Source: Parcubacteria group bacterium GW2011_GWA2_40_23
GTDB lineage: Bacteria; Patescibacteriota; Patescibacteriia; UBA11705; JABHMO01
Length of the DNA stretch: 64,000 nt
NCBI GenBank assembly: GCA_000996245.1
Contig: LBYP01000002.1
Coordinates: forward strand, 5,352 to 69,351
Reading direction: 5' to 3'
The notes beneath the pieces are model-generated. The model did not search any database. It was not told the origin of the DNA and saw only the letters and a program-made list of their open reading frames with translations. Positions 53,754 to 63,781 of the stretch are shown piece by piece. The position numbers and the translations under genes are program-made. How positions within the stretch are numbered: position 1 is the first letter of the stretch; every line of letters begins with the position of its first letter.

Positions 53754-55661
53754 ATGATGACTATAGGACAATTTATTCCACTCACAAAACTACCAAGAAA
53801 TCTTGGTTGTTTTGATTATCAAATAAAACCAGAATTAATATCTCAAATAAAAGTTGGTCAAGTAATTAAGATCCCATTCGGCAAAAGAGAGGTTTGGGGT
53901 TGTTTCGTAGGTTTAATTGAGAAAAGTACTTTTGAAAACATAAAAGCTATCGATAAAATCGAGACGCTAACAGAACTTGATAGCTTTCAATTAGAGTTTT
54001 TGAAATGGTTCTCAAAATATTATTATTATTCTTTAGGGTCAACCTTCAAGCTTATGCAACCCGAGCGCCCCTTAAAGAAACAAGGTCTTCGCGAAAGCCA
54101 TGATGCAAATGATTACATTGCTATTGAGTTTAAACCCGAGACACAAATAAAGAAAATAGCACAAACAATTTTAAACAATAAAGAAGAAAAGTATTGGCTG
54201 GCTGATTTTGACAAAAATGTTAAATGGTCTTTATATCTAGAGTTAGTCAAAAACTCCCAGCTTCACTCACTGAGTTCGGATGCTGGGCAAGCAAAGAAAC
54301 AAATCTTCATTTTATTTCCAGAAGTTTCTCTTGCACAAAGCTTTTATCAATCGCTCCCACGTGATATTCAAAATGAATCACGCTTAGCAATTGGCGACAA
54401 CATGAAAACCAAGAACAAGGCTTATCAAATTTGGTCCGATATAAAAGATAATAAATGTAAGTTGATTGTTGGGACTCGCTCAACCTGTTTTTATTTGACG
54501 CAAAACATTGGAACAATTGTTGTTGATAGCGCCGAGTCTGGCGATTACAAACAATGGGATCAATCGCCATATTATGATTCTATTGAAATTTTAAGAAAGG
54601 CTCAATCTTTTTTAAAAAATAAGTTAATTTTGACAACAACAAAACCACGAATCGAAGACACTTTTGTTTTTAAACAAGAAAATTATCAATACATTGCTTT
54701 GGGCGACAAACAAAAACAAAACATTATCGTTGTCGACATGAAAAAGGAACAAAAACGAAAATTCTTTTTTCTTTCTTATCAAGCTGAAGCAGCTCTTGAT
54801 GATTGTATCGAAAACAATAAACAGGCTTTAATAATTATCAATAAGATGGGTTTATTCAGTAAATTAGTTTGTTCCGATTGCGGTTACGAGGCGCATTGTG
54901 AAAAATGTGAATTACCTATGATGGTTAATGAGCAAGGTGAATTAGAATGCCGTCATTGTAAACTAACAATAAAAGCTCCTACGGCTTGTCCTAAATGTGG
55001 TAACATTAAATTACAAGGACGTGGTGCTGGTTTAGCACAAATAAAAAAAGAATTGAGCCAGCAATATACTTGTTCCGAAAATTTAGCTGACAAAAAAGCA
55101 CAGGTTTTACTAAGTACGGGGCAGTATATGAATCCGGGTGAATTAAAAGATATTGACGTTGTAATATTCGCTTACTTTGACAGTTTAATTTATTTGACTG
55201 ATTTTAATTCTAATTTTAGACTTTACAACTTTGTTCAAAATATTATTGAAGGTTTGAACAAACCACAAAAGATTATTATTCAAACACATTTCCCAAATAA
55301 TGAAGTTTTTAAGTTTATCAATAATAATTATTCATTTTTATATAACAATGAAATTTCAGCTCGTAAAGAACATTACTATCCCCCATTTTGCACTTTGATT
55401 AAACTTTTTTTCCAACATCATGACAAAAAGATTTGTTCTGCAGAAGCAGCACGATTATACGCAGAGCTGTTGGTGCGAGTTAAAAACATTGGTGGTTCTA
55501 TTTCTGAACCATACCTTTATTACTTGAATAAAATACGTAAACGATATCGTTATATCTTGACGATTAAACTTCCGCCTTGTGACTTAAATAAAGAAAATGA
55601 GTTATTGTCAACTGTGCCAGATTTCTGGAGCATTGACAAGAATCCTAAAGACTTGTTATAA
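53754..55661 (+). CDS. priA: PriA-like primosomal protein N' homolog with degenerate helicase motifs I and II
   Basis: N-terminal 3'-DNA-binding-like region and the PriA zinc cluster CSDCGYEAHCEKCELPM...CRHC...CPKCG. The expected GxGKT position reads LADFDKNVKWS, and the expected DEEH reads VVDSAESGDYKQ. Confidence 0.7.
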   Translation: MMTIGQFIPLTKLPRNLGCFDYQIKPELISQIKVGQVIKIPFGKREVWGCFVGLIEKSTFENIKAIDKIETLTELDSFQLEFLKWFSKYYYYSLGSTFKLMQPERPLKKQGLRESHDANDYIAIEFKPETQIKKIAQTILNNKEEKYWLADFDKNVKWSLYLELVKNSQLHSLSSDAGQAKKQIFILFPEVSLAQSFYQSLPRDIQNESRLAIGDNMKTKNKAYQIWSDIKDNKCKLIVGTRSTCFYLTQNIGTIVVDSAESGDYKQWDQSPYYDSIEILRKAQSFLKNKLILTTTKPRIEDTFVFKQENYQYIALGDKQKQNIIVVDMKKEQKRKFFFLSYQAEAALDDCIENNKQALIIINKMGLFSKLVCSDCGYEAHCEKCELPMMVNEQGELECRHCKLTIKAPTACPKCGNIKLQGRGAGLAQIKKELSQQYTCSENLADKKAQVLLSTGQYMNPGELKDIDVVIFAYFDSLIYLTDFNSNFRLYNFVQNIIEGLNKPQKIIIQTHFPNNEVFKFINNNYSFLYNNEISARKEHYYPPFCTLIKLFFQHHDKKICSAEAARLYAELLVRVKNIGGSISEPYLYYLNKIRKRYRYILTIKLPPCDLNKENELLSTVPDFWSIDKNPKDLL

Positions 55662-55681
55662 TTCTCTTAATTTAAATAAAT

Positions 55682-56161
55682 ATGATATACAAAATTTTAA
55701 CACATCCGAATAAAGAATTGCGTAAAAAATCACAAAAAGTATTGGTGGCTGAAATTTGCACTCCAGAAAAGCAGAAGTTTTTGATTAACATGTCAAAAAC
55801 AATGATTACGAAGGATGGTATTGGTTTGGCAGCACCACAAATAGGTGTTTTAAAAAGAATTATTACAATTGCGTATAAAGATAAAGTGCTAGTCCTAATC
55901 AATCCAATATTAACAAAAAAATCATGGCTCAAAGAAGTTGAAGAAGAAGGCTGTTTAAGTGTCCCTGGGGTTTATGGATTAGTTAAAAGACATCATAAAT
56001 TATTTGTAACTGCTTATAACGAACAGGGCAAAAAAGTTGAGTTTGAAGCCAAGGGTTTACTGGCACGTATCATTCAGCATGAAGTTGATCATTTGGATGG
56101 GGTTTTATTTATTGATAAAGTTATAAAAATTACTCAAGGAGTAATGCCAGAAACACAATGA
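55682..56161 (+). CDS. def: Peptide deformylase
   Basis: Motifs GIGLAAPQ, EGCLS, HEVDH. Confidence 0.9.
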   Translation: MIYKILTHPNKELRKKSQKVLVAEICTPEKQKFLINMSKTMITKDGIGLAAPQIGVLKRIITIAYKDKVLVLINPILTKKSWLKEVEEEGCLSVPGVYGLVKRHHKLFVTAYNEQGKKVEFEAKGLLARIIQHEVDHLDGVLFIDKVIKITQGVMPETQ

Positions 56162-57105
56162 ATAAAAAAGACATAAAAATAATATTTATTGGTTCAGCCA
56201 ATTTTTCAGTTCCGATTTTAGAAATGTTAATCAAAAATTATACAGTTCAACTTATTGTCACTGAAGAAGATAAGGCCGCTGGACGCGGTAAAAAAATTAC
56301 TGCACCACCGCCTAAGTCAATTGCCCAAGCAAGCAATATTTCCTGCGTGCAACCTCAAAGAGTAAAAGGAAATGTGGAGCTATTCGAACAAATAAAAAAA
56401 TTAGCACCAACGGTTTTGATTGTCGCAGCTTATGGCAAAATTTTACCTAATAAAATCTTAGAGATGACTGAATTTGGTTGTTTAAATGTGCATCCTTCAC
56501 TACTCCCAAAATATCGCGGTCCCTCACCTATTCAAACAGTTTTACTGAACGGAGAAAGTCAGACTGGAGTCTCGATCATGCTTTTAAATAGTGCCATGGA
56601 TGAGGGTGATATTTTAAAACAGGATGAAGTCGCTATTGAATCAAACGAAACTTATGAAGAACTAGAATCTAAACTAGCATTAAAGAGTACTAAGATGCTT
56701 GACGAGGTCTTGCCTCAATATATTAACGAAAAGATAGAATTAACCAAACAAAATGATAGCGAAGCAACCTATTGTTATAAAATTGATAAACTTGATGGTT
56801 GCATAGATTTCACCAATTCAGCCGAAACAATCTATAACCAATATCGAGCTTATCATTATTGGCCCGGGATTTATTGTTTTTATGGGAAACTAAAACTCGA
56901 TTTGATCGAAGTCAAGAATGAACCTATTGAAGACATTGATAATTACAAAGTTGGTAAAGTTTTCAAAAAAAATAAAGCCGTCTATGTGAAGTGTCAAAAT
57001 TCTGCCTTACAGTTAGTAAAAGTTAGATTAGAATCGAAAAAAGAAACGCTTGTACTTGATTTTTTGAATGGACATCAAGATTTTATTGGAACTGTTTTAG
57101 AGTAA
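56158..57105 (+). CDS. fmt: Methionyl-tRNA formyltransferase
   Basis: Follows def with a 4-nt overlap. HPSLLPKYRG motif, N-terminal formyltransferase and C-terminal OB-like domain. Confidence 0.9.
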   Translation: MNKKDIKIIFIGSANFSVPILEMLIKNYTVQLIVTEEDKAAGRGKKITAPPPKSIAQASNISCVQPQRVKGNVELFEQIKKLAPTVLIVAAYGKILPNKILEMTEFGCLNVHPSLLPKYRGPSPIQTVLLNGESQTGVSIMLLNSAMDEGDILKQDEVAIESNETYEELESKLALKSTKMLDEVLPQYINEKIELTKQNDSEATYCYKIDKLDGCIDFTNSAETIYNQYRAYHYWPGIYCFYGKLKLDLIEVKNEPIEDIDNYKVGKVFKKNKAVYVKCQNSALQLVKVRLESKKETLVLDFLNGHQDFIGTVLE

Positions 57106-58616
57106 TTAAGACATTCGATAGTAGCCATCACTAAAATTATATAGCCGATTCCTAACGGATGATTTAAGTAAGGGCTAAAGACATGCGTGGCGACAAGTGC
57201 TACTAATCCCAAAAACAAGCCGATGAGAAGTGCATTGTTAGAATGTACTTCTTTATTTTTCAGTTGAATAAATAAATTACGTACAATTTGATAAATAAAT
57301 GCTAAATATATTAAAAGACCAATAACACCGATCTTCAGTATTATATCCAAGTAGCCCCACTCAAACGCGTATGTCGTGTATACTCCAGTCGGATTTTTAA
57401 TACTTGTGATGCGTGGATCGCGACTTTCATAAGTAATTGTAGTTCCCCATCCAGAACCTAAGATCGGATGTTTTGTGATGGCCTTAAAAAGATGTGGTAA
57501 TTGATTCCAACGACTGGCGCCGGCTTGATCCTGTATATCAAAACGAGAGTTTAAAGCTGAACTTGGATTTATTACTGTTTGTTGTGGTACAGGGAAAAAC
57601 AGCGCGATCGCTAAAACAATAAACGACAATAAAGCTAGGATTAATGCTTTTCCGGCTAGGCCTAAAATATTTGTAAATTTGTAACGATAATAAAATATTG
57701 CAAAACCTAATATTACTATTCCGGCGGCAAGTAGCCCGACCCAGAAGCTTCTAGACAAGGAAAGTAATACTGTTACGACACTTAAAGCGACTATGGCAGC
57801 ACAATACCACCAATCTTTTGTATTTGTTTTAGTTTTTTTTATCAAAAGAATATCGACAAGTAAAATCACTGCCCCAATCATAGTAAAGAGTTGGGCTTGA
57901 GAAAAAATGCGGAATAATCCCCCACTGACCAAAGTGAATTCACCCCAACGAGTGTCGCGACCCCAGTCGTATAAATAATTCTGGAGATTACTGAACTTGT
58001 GGGAAAAAGCGTAGAGAAAAAATAACGATTTTAATGAAACTGCCGTGACGCTAGCAAGTAAAATCGGCCATACTGGTGCAAGATACTTTTTTTCACGTAG
58101 GATATAAATCAGCGGAAGTAAATAAAGGAAATATAACCAAGCATTAAAATCATTAAAAATGTTTCCTAATGTGTTTCCCTTAATTAAGGCCATGAGTAAG
58201 CCCCAAAGACAAACTAGTCCTAATAATAAAAGGGATTTATTTTTAAAAATTACACTCAAAAATTGTTTTAATGTTTTCTGGCGGATAGTATGATAGAAAA
58301 AAGATAGCAAAACAATAACAAAAATAGCCATGCGAATCGAAATGGTTTGTCCGTTGATGACAAGATCAAAGTAATGACCTTGCGAACCAATAAATAGTTC
58401 AATTAAGGCAGTATAAACTCCATATTGTAATCGATAAATACTTATACAGGCAATAAAGAAACACAAAACAACAAAGACAAGGTTATTTATCGATAGAAAA
58501 GGATTTATCCAATGAGTGAAAAAGGAAAGTAACTCAATAAAAAAAATCAGCAGTAACGTAGTTTTAAACGCTCTGCCAAACCAAGTGAAGTTTAAAATGT
58601 GTGTATTGTCAGTCAT
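57075..58616 (-). CDS. O-antigen ligase/polymerase-like (Wzy_C) polytopic membrane protein
   Basis: More than 10 TM helices, a large loop with the SRSFWVGLLAAG-type segment; adjacent to glycosyltransferases. Confidence 0.6.
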   Translation of the reverse strand: MTDNTHILNFTWFGRAFKTTLLLIFFIELLSFFTHWINPFLSINNLVFVVLCFFIACISIYRLQYGVYTALIELFIGSQGHYFDLVINGQTISIRMAIFVIVLLSFFYHTIRQKTLKQFLSVIFKNKSLLLLGLVCLWGLLMALIKGNTLGNIFNDFNAWLYFLYLLPLIYILREKKYLAPVWPILLASVTAVSLKSLFFLYAFSHKFSNLQNYLYDWGRDTRWGEFTLVSGGLFRIFSQAQLFTMIGAVILLVDILLIKKTKTNTKDWWYCAAIVALSVVTVLLSLSRSFWVGLLAAGIVILGFAIFYYRYKFTNILGLAGKALILALLSFIVLAIALFFPVPQQTVINPSSALNSRFDIQDQAGASRWNQLPHLFKAITKHPILGSGWGTTITYESRDPRITSIKNPTGVYTTYAFEWGYLDIILKIGVIGLLIYLAFIYQIVRNLFIQLKNKEVHSNNALLIGLFLGLVALVATHVFSPYLNHPLGIGYIILVMATIECLNYSKTVPIKS

Positions 58617-59043
58617 CCGTTTTTCGGTAGAGTTTATAAATTAAACTTTCAGAATTATTAGAGACATAACAATGCGTATCGAAAAATTGTCGTAAATAAG
58701 ATGGTGCACAGTTAGGGCAGTTTTCGAATTGCTTAATAGTTAAATCGATTAAGAGGTCGTTAATTTTTATCCAACAATGTTTTATTGGCGTTTCGCCAAA
58801 TTCACCTGATTCAACATTACAATCACATCGATTTGAGCGTAAATAGTTAGCCAACTCGTTGTGATGGTAATCTGCTAAGCCGCTGATATTCAAAACGTGC
58901 ACAGGTTGACCATCAATAATTGTTTTACGTGTTTTTTCGTGTATATACTCTTCAATTCTTTGTATAATATCATTGATGTTGATTTCTGGTTTTTGCAAAT
59001 CAATAAAAGGTTGAAATGAAAATGATTTTTCGATAATTAACAT
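58609..59043 (-). CDS. Hypothetical 144-aa protein
   Basis: Host-like composition; overlaps neighbours by a few nt in the same operon; several Cys/His; no family recognised. Confidence 0.5.
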   Translation of the reverse strand: MLIIEKSFSFQPFIDLQKPEININDIIQRIEEYIHEKTRKTIIDGQPVHVLNISGLADYHHNELANYLRSNRCDCNVESGEFGETPIKHCWIKINDLLIDLTIKQFENCPNCAPSYLRQFFDTHCYVSNNSESLIYKLYRKTDD

Positions 59044-59047
59044 ATTG

Positions 59048-60013
59048 TTAAACCCGTGATTGAGGTCGAGCTTTTATTTTTAAAAATTGAACTAATAATG
59101 TTAAAGCCCAGCTAATTGGTTGCAAAGCGTAGAGTATCCAATATTCATAAGCCTTATGATGTTTCTTGAAATAACGTAACATACCCTGGTTAAAACGTTT
59201 TTGTTTTTTAAGACCAAAAGTTTGGGCAAAACTCTTGCCTTCATAATGAGTCACTTCAGCGAGTGGCGTAAAGTAAATTTTATATCCCTTAGCTAATATG
59301 TTTTGGCATAGTTCAACATCTTCCCACCAGAGCCAATAACTTTCGTCCCAGCCACCAATTTTATCCATAATTGATTTTCTGGTAAATATACAAGCACCCA
59401 TAGCTTGTTCTACTTCCCTTTCAGATAAATAGTTAAAATCTTTCATTAAATAATTCTTAATGCAAGGAAGCCAATTTAAAAAGTGATGTAGTTTTAGTAA
59501 AATTAATATTTGGCTGCAGAGATCAGGCAACTTTTTAACACTAGGCTGAATAGTCTTGTCAGCATAGATTAAACGACAAGTAACTATACCCGCATTTATT
59601 TTGGATTTAAAATAATCCTGTAGTTTTAAGACAACATTTTCTTTAATTTCCATATCAGGATTCATGAAAAAGATGTATTCACCTTTTGCAACCGTTAAAC
59701 CTTGGTTATTTGCTTTCGCAAAACCAGCGTTAAAATCGTTAGCTATTATAACTAAGCGTTTTTCATTTATTTCTGATCTGAAAATTTGTTGTAAATGTTC
59801 GACAGAACCATCTGAAGATTTATTGTCTATAAGAATGACTTCAAAACGAATATTTCTGGTGTATTTAAAAAGAGATTGAATCATTTTAGTAACAATCTCT
59901 TTTACGTTCCAGTTAACAATTATAATTGAAACATCAACTTGGTCACGAAGTTCAGAGTTCATGGCTTGAAGTTGTGTAACGAATTTATAGGTTTGATCTA
60001 AAAGCGTTTTCAT
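59048..60013 (-). CDS. Glycosyltransferase family 2
   Basis: VSIIIVNWN ... LIDNKSSDGS ... NAGFAKANNQG ... FFMNPDMEI, typical GT2 blocks. Confidence 0.85.
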   Translation of the reverse strand: MKTLLDQTYKFVTQLQAMNSELRDQVDVSIIIVNWNVKEIVTKMIQSLFKYTRNIRFEVILIDNKSSDGSVEHLQQIFRSEINEKRLVIIANDFNAGFAKANNQGLTVAKGEYIFFMNPDMEIKENVVLKLQDYFKSKINAGIVTCRLIYADKTIQPSVKKLPDLCSQILILLKLHHFLNWLPCIKNYLMKDFNYLSEREVEQAMGACIFTRKSIMDKIGGWDESYWLWWEDVELCQNILAKGYKIYFTPLAEVTHYEGKSFAQTFGLKKQKRFNQGMLRYFKKHHKAYEYWILYALQPISWALTLLVQFLKIKARPQSRV

Positions 60014-61218
60014 GAGTGAAAAATTTTACTGTAAATAATCTTAGTCATCATGTCGGCGCGTTTTTCCCAGGTATGATCCTTAACTATTAATTGACGCTCT
60101 AGATGTTTTACATCCGAGTCTTCCTTGAGGGCACGGTCGATTAAATTCAAAAAGTCGTTTGAATCTTGAGCAATATAAATATCATTTTTAAACTTTTCTA
60201 CTCCAGCACCGTTTGTTGTCACGACCGGCAACCCACAAGCCAAATAGTCATAAAGTTTCATGGGGTTCATGGAGTTAACAAAATGATTCAATTTGTGTGG
60301 AATAATGGCAACATCAAAACGTTTTAAGTAACTTGGAGCATCATCATAAGCGACGCGGCCAAGCCAATGGACATTCTGAAAATGCTTTAATGCTCGCTCG
60401 GCCGCATTCCTTACTGATGGCCAAACAGGACCGCATAAGACTAATTCTTTGTCTGGATTTTTTTGAGCTATTTTTGCTAGCAATTCAAAATCAATGCGTT
60501 CTTCGATTGTGCCTAAATAACCAATAACTGGTTTAGTGATTTCCGAAATATCGTTTGTTTTATCAACTAAGTCTGGATTATTGAAATGATCATAATCAAC
60601 TCCATTCGGTACCCAATAAACATCTTCGGTTCTATCAAATTCTTTAAACATGTCCTTCATGTGTTCGGATACAGTAAAAACAACCTGAGCTTTTTCGCTA
60701 ATTGTTTTGTAGTTGTTGAGAATACGCTGCTTTGACATCAGTTTTGTATAACTTGGATGCTCGGACCAATCATCAACCGCATCAAATACAAAAAGATGCT
60801 CATTTAATTTTCCAATAAAATCTGTAAACAGCGGATTATAGGACCAAAAAACAACGTTTTTAAGATTAAGTATTTTTTCAATTCGTTTTAATTCGTTAGC
60901 AACAGTTTTGTGCGAGAAAAATGAATCAACCGTACTGTAAACATAAATCTTGTCGGTTTTCTGCCAACACGCACTCGTGAGGTCACCGTAAATCATTTCT
61001 GAACTTTTTTTCTCAAAAAGTATATTTTTAATAAAATGACCAATCGTTTTTTTAAATCCGATAGGCAAAAAATCTACAGCTACAATTTTTTCTATTTTAT
61101 CTTCTTCGGCTAAGGCTTGGAGAATATTATAGTTACGATTGACTATGCCGTGATCCCAATCAAAATAAGATGACATGTTAAACATGACTAGATTTATTTT
61201 TTCGTGGTGTGCAAGCAT
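60010..61218 (-). CDS. Glycosyltransferase family 1 (GT4-type)
   Basis: C-terminal block PMKLYDYLACGLPVVTT is typical of GT-B retaining enzymes. Confidence 0.8.
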   Translation of the reverse strand: MLAHHEKINLVMFNMSSYFDWDHGIVNRNYNILQALAEEDKIEKIVAVDFLPIGFKKTIGHFIKNILFEKKSSEMIYGDLTSACWQKTDKIYVYSTVDSFFSHKTVANELKRIEKILNLKNVVFWSYNPLFTDFIGKLNEHLFVFDAVDDWSEHPSYTKLMSKQRILNNYKTISEKAQVVFTVSEHMKDMFKEFDRTEDVYWVPNGVDYDHFNNPDLVDKTNDISEITKPVIGYLGTIEERIDFELLAKIAQKNPDKELVLCGPVWPSVRNAAERALKHFQNVHWLGRVAYDDAPSYLKRFDVAIIPHKLNHFVNSMNPMKLYDYLACGLPVVTTNGAGVEKFKNDIYIAQDSNDFLNLIDRALKEDSDVKHLERQLIVKDHTWEKRADMMTKIIYSKIFHS

Positions 61219-61219
61219 A

Positions 61220-62215
61220 TTAATTTAAAAATAATTTTGTATCAAGGGCAAAAATGCGATCGGAAAAATCTGCCGGAGAGCCTTGATTATCGAAGATAGC
61301 TTTATCAGCGACGTTAACCTTAGTAGATAGATCATCCAAATGATTTAGCGCAACTGCTTCGCGTGTTTGTGGTAAAACAGGGCTACCAAACTCTAAACGG
61401 CCATGATGACTGGCAATTAAATGTAGCACTTTTGTTTTTAATAAATCAGGAAAATCTTTTATACTCTCGATAGCTTTAGACACAGCAATTGTGCCTAACA
61501 TTAAATGACCAATGAGCGCCCCATCAACAGTACGAAAAATTGTATGATTTACATCCAATTCATCGAGTTTGCCAATGTCATGTAATAAAACTCCAGTCTT
61601 TAAAAGATCTTTATCTATTCTTGTAAAACTGGCACATAAACATTCTGCTAATGCAAGCATCTCGGATACATGTTCTACAAAACCACCAACGTAAGCATGA
61701 TGTATACGTTCTGCTGCCGGAGCTTTCTTGAACTTTTCGATAAATTTTTCATCTTTAAAAAAAGAATTTACGAGTTTCTTTAAATCATCATTCTCGATAC
61801 TATCGACTTGTTTTAAAATTGTTTTGAAGAGCGCTTCTAAATCCTTCTCTGATCCGGGTAGAAAATCGGCTGTTTCTTGATTTTGAGCTTTTTGTAAAAA
61901 TGAAATTATAAGTTGATTTTTTTCTTTAAATTCATTGACCTTGCCTCCAAGACTAATGATGTCACCAATCTCAAACTCATCACAATTGTTCAAATTATCT
62001 TCCCAAATTTTAGCTGTTATTTCACCGGTTCGATCAGCTAAAATAAGGTCAATAAAATCTTTATTTTGGCTGGTTTTCCCTTTTTTAATGTCTCGTACTA
62101 CTGCTAAAAAATTGGCGACTTGGTCTCCGGCTTGTAAATCCTTGATGAATTTATCTTTCATATTTGATTGTTTTTTATGATTTGTGACCTCTTCTATAAA
62201 TGAAAGTTGAGTCAT
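61220..62215 (-). CDS. YhaM-like OB-fold + HD-domain 3'-5' exoribonuclease (alternative start 62161)
   Basis: N-terminal OB fold (FLAVVRDIKKGKTSQNKDFIDLILADRTGEITAKIW) and HD domain (HHAYVGGFVEH ... LLHDIGK). The track's 80-codon N-terminal extension runs into island I and is rejected. Confidence 0.75.
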   Translation of the reverse strand: MTQLSFIEEVTNHKKQSNMKDKFIKDLQAGDQVANFLAVVRDIKKGKTSQNKDFIDLILADRTGEITAKIWEDNLNNCDEFEIGDIISLGGKVNEFKEKNQLIISFLQKAQNQETADFLPGSEKDLEALFKTILKQVDSIENDDLKKLVNSFFKDEKFIEKFKKAPAAERIHHAYVGGFVEHVSEMLALAECLCASFTRIDKDLLKTGVLLHDIGKLDELDVNHTIFRTVDGALIGHLMLGTIAVSKAIESIKDFPDLLKTKVLHLIASHHGRLEFGSPVLPQTREAVALNHLDDLSTKVNVADKAIFDNQGSPADFSDRIFALDTKLFLN

Positions 62216-62276
62216 AATGCTGTGATTTATACTAAAATAGCGTAAGAGTATAAAATTATTATAGCATTTTTTGAGA

Positions 62277-62312
62277 AATATAAAAGGCGCACTGATCTTG
62301 AGACCAGGCGCC
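62277..62312 (-). terminator. Terminator of island I
   Basis: Reverse strand GGCGC..CTG.TCT..AGA.CAG..GCGCC extended imperfect stem followed by CTTTTATATTT. Confidence 0.6.
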
Positions 62313-62318
62313 AACGTT

Positions 62319-62660
62319 CTACGCAGCTGCAACGATTTTCTTGATTTTTCGACGCAGTTCAATCGCATCGAAAGGCTTGGTGACCACTTCGTCGGGTTGC
62401 TCGGCACAAGAGAAGTGTTCTGGCGGGGCGCTTGAAACCATGATGATGCGAGCATCAGGGCAAAGTCGTCGTGCGTAGACGATGAACTCGGCTCCCGTCA
62501 TTCCAGGCATGTCGTGGTCTGTGACAATGACCCGGGCTGAGCGACCGCTAAGGCATTTTAAGGCCTCGAATGGTGAATGATGCGTTCGGTGTGGCAAAGT
62601 ACCAGCAACAGCCTTGAATAGAGCTAGATTCTCTGGCAGATCATCAACGAAAAGCACCAT
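62319..62660 (-). CDS. Island I: stand-alone CheY-like response-regulator receiver domain (113 aa)
   Basis: VLFVDD acidic pair, VIVTDHDMPGMTG phospho-acceptor Asp context, IIMVSS, TKPF lysine. AGGGAG lies 7 nt before the ATG. GC-rich codons. Confidence 0.8.
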   Translation of the reverse strand: MVLFVDDLPENLALFKAVAGTLPHRTHHSPFEALKCLSGRSARVIVTDHDMPGMTGAEFIVYARRLCPDARIIMVSSAPPEHFSCAEQPDEVVTKPFDAIELRRKIKKIVAAA

Positions 62661-62693
62661 AACATGACTCCCTATGTTGATAAGAGCTTCAAT

Positions 62694-62722
62694 ACTGTAT
62701 ACTAAAAAAAACTTCCTGTCAA
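62694..62722 (-). promoter_or_regulatory. Sigma70-type promoter of island I
   Basis: Reverse strand TTGACA (62722-62717), 17-nt spacer ggaagttttttttagta, TACAGT (62699-62694). Confidence 0.6.
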
Positions 62723-62747
62723 GGATCGCTTTTGTGAATAAGTCGAT

Positions 62748-63779
62748 TTATTTAAAAAAACAAGCATCTCCAAAACTAAAAAACTTATATTTTTGTTTGA
62801 TAGCTTTTTGATATAGTTCAAGAGTAGTTTTTCGTCCAATAAGTGCGCTGACAAGCATTAAAAGTGATGATTTTGGTAAATGGAAATTAGAAATTAGTGC
62901 GTCAACAAATTTGAATTTGTAACCGGGATAAATAAATATGCTTGTATTTTGTTTAATTGCTTCGTTGCTTAATTGATTATTTGAAAATGCGGTTTCAAGA
63001 GTTCTAAGACTGGTTGTTCCGACTGCAATTATTCTCTTGCCTGCTTTTTTCGCCTTGATTAATTGATTAATTGTTTGTTTGTTTACTTCAATATATTCTG
63101 AATGAATTTGGTAGTCTTCAATCTTTTCAGTATTAACGGGATCGAACGTTCCAAGTCCTACATGCAAAGTGACAAATTCAATTTGACATCCGACTCTTTT
63201 GATTTGGGTCAGCAATTTTTTGGTAAAATGAAGTCCAGCGGTTGGTGCTGCGGCAGATCCTAGTTTTTTTGCATAAATAGTTTGATATTGTTTTTGAAGA
63301 ACACTTTCAGTCGATTTTGAATGAATATAAGGAGGTAATGGCATTTGACCAATTTTAAGTAAAATGCTGTTAAATTTTTTACCCTTAAAATTGAACTCTA
63401 CGAGCCACGTTTTCCCTTCATTTCTAGATATTACTTGAGCCTTTAAACCAGCCTTAAAAAGCAATTTTAGACCAACCTGGGGGTTCCGTAGTCCAAGTAA
63501 GACTTCCCATTTGTGGTCTTCGGTTTGATCTAGCAGCAAAACCTCTGCCCGACCACCACTTTCTTTGTTCCCCATTAAGCGGGCCGGCATAACTTTCGAA
63601 TCATTAAAAACTAAAACGTCGTTTTTAGTTAAATATTTAGGTAGATCATAAAAATGTTTATGCTCAATCTTTTTTGTTTTGCGATCATAAATCAAAAGAC
63701 GCGCACTGTCTCGTGGCGTCGCTGGTTTTTGAGCAATTAATTCTGATGGCAATTTGTAATCAAAAAGTTTTAAATTCAT
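62748..63779 (-). CDS. queA: S-adenosylmethionine:tRNA ribosyltransferase-isomerase
   Basis: N-terminus MNLKLFDYKLPSELIAQKPATPRDSARLL and the GTTSLRTLE block are typical of QueA. Confidence 0.95.
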   Translation of the reverse strand: MNLKLFDYKLPSELIAQKPATPRDSARLLIYDRKTKKIEHKHFYDLPKYLTKNDVLVFNDSKVMPARLMGNKESGGRAEVLLLDQTEDHKWEVLLGLRNPQVGLKLLFKAGLKAQVISRNEGKTWLVEFNFKGKKFNSILLKIGQMPLPPYIHSKSTESVLQKQYQTIYAKKLGSAAAPTAGLHFTKKLLTQIKRVGCQIEFVTLHVGLGTFDPVNTEKIEDYQIHSEYIEVNKQTINQLIKAKKAGKRIIAVGTTSLRTLETAFSNNQLSNEAIKQNTSIFIYPGYKFKFVDALISNFHLPKSSLLMLVSALIGRKTTLELYQKAIKQKYKFFSFGDACFFK

Positions 63780-63781
63780 AT

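Noticed and set aside
62216-62455. 80-codon N-terminal extension of the yhaM-like ORF (track 61220-62455)
   Set aside because: The extension crosses the island I terminator and the 3' end of the island I gene on the same strand, and its sequence (MLASSWFQAPRQNTS...) is unlike the OB-fold N-terminus. A start at 62215 or 62161 fits homolog length.
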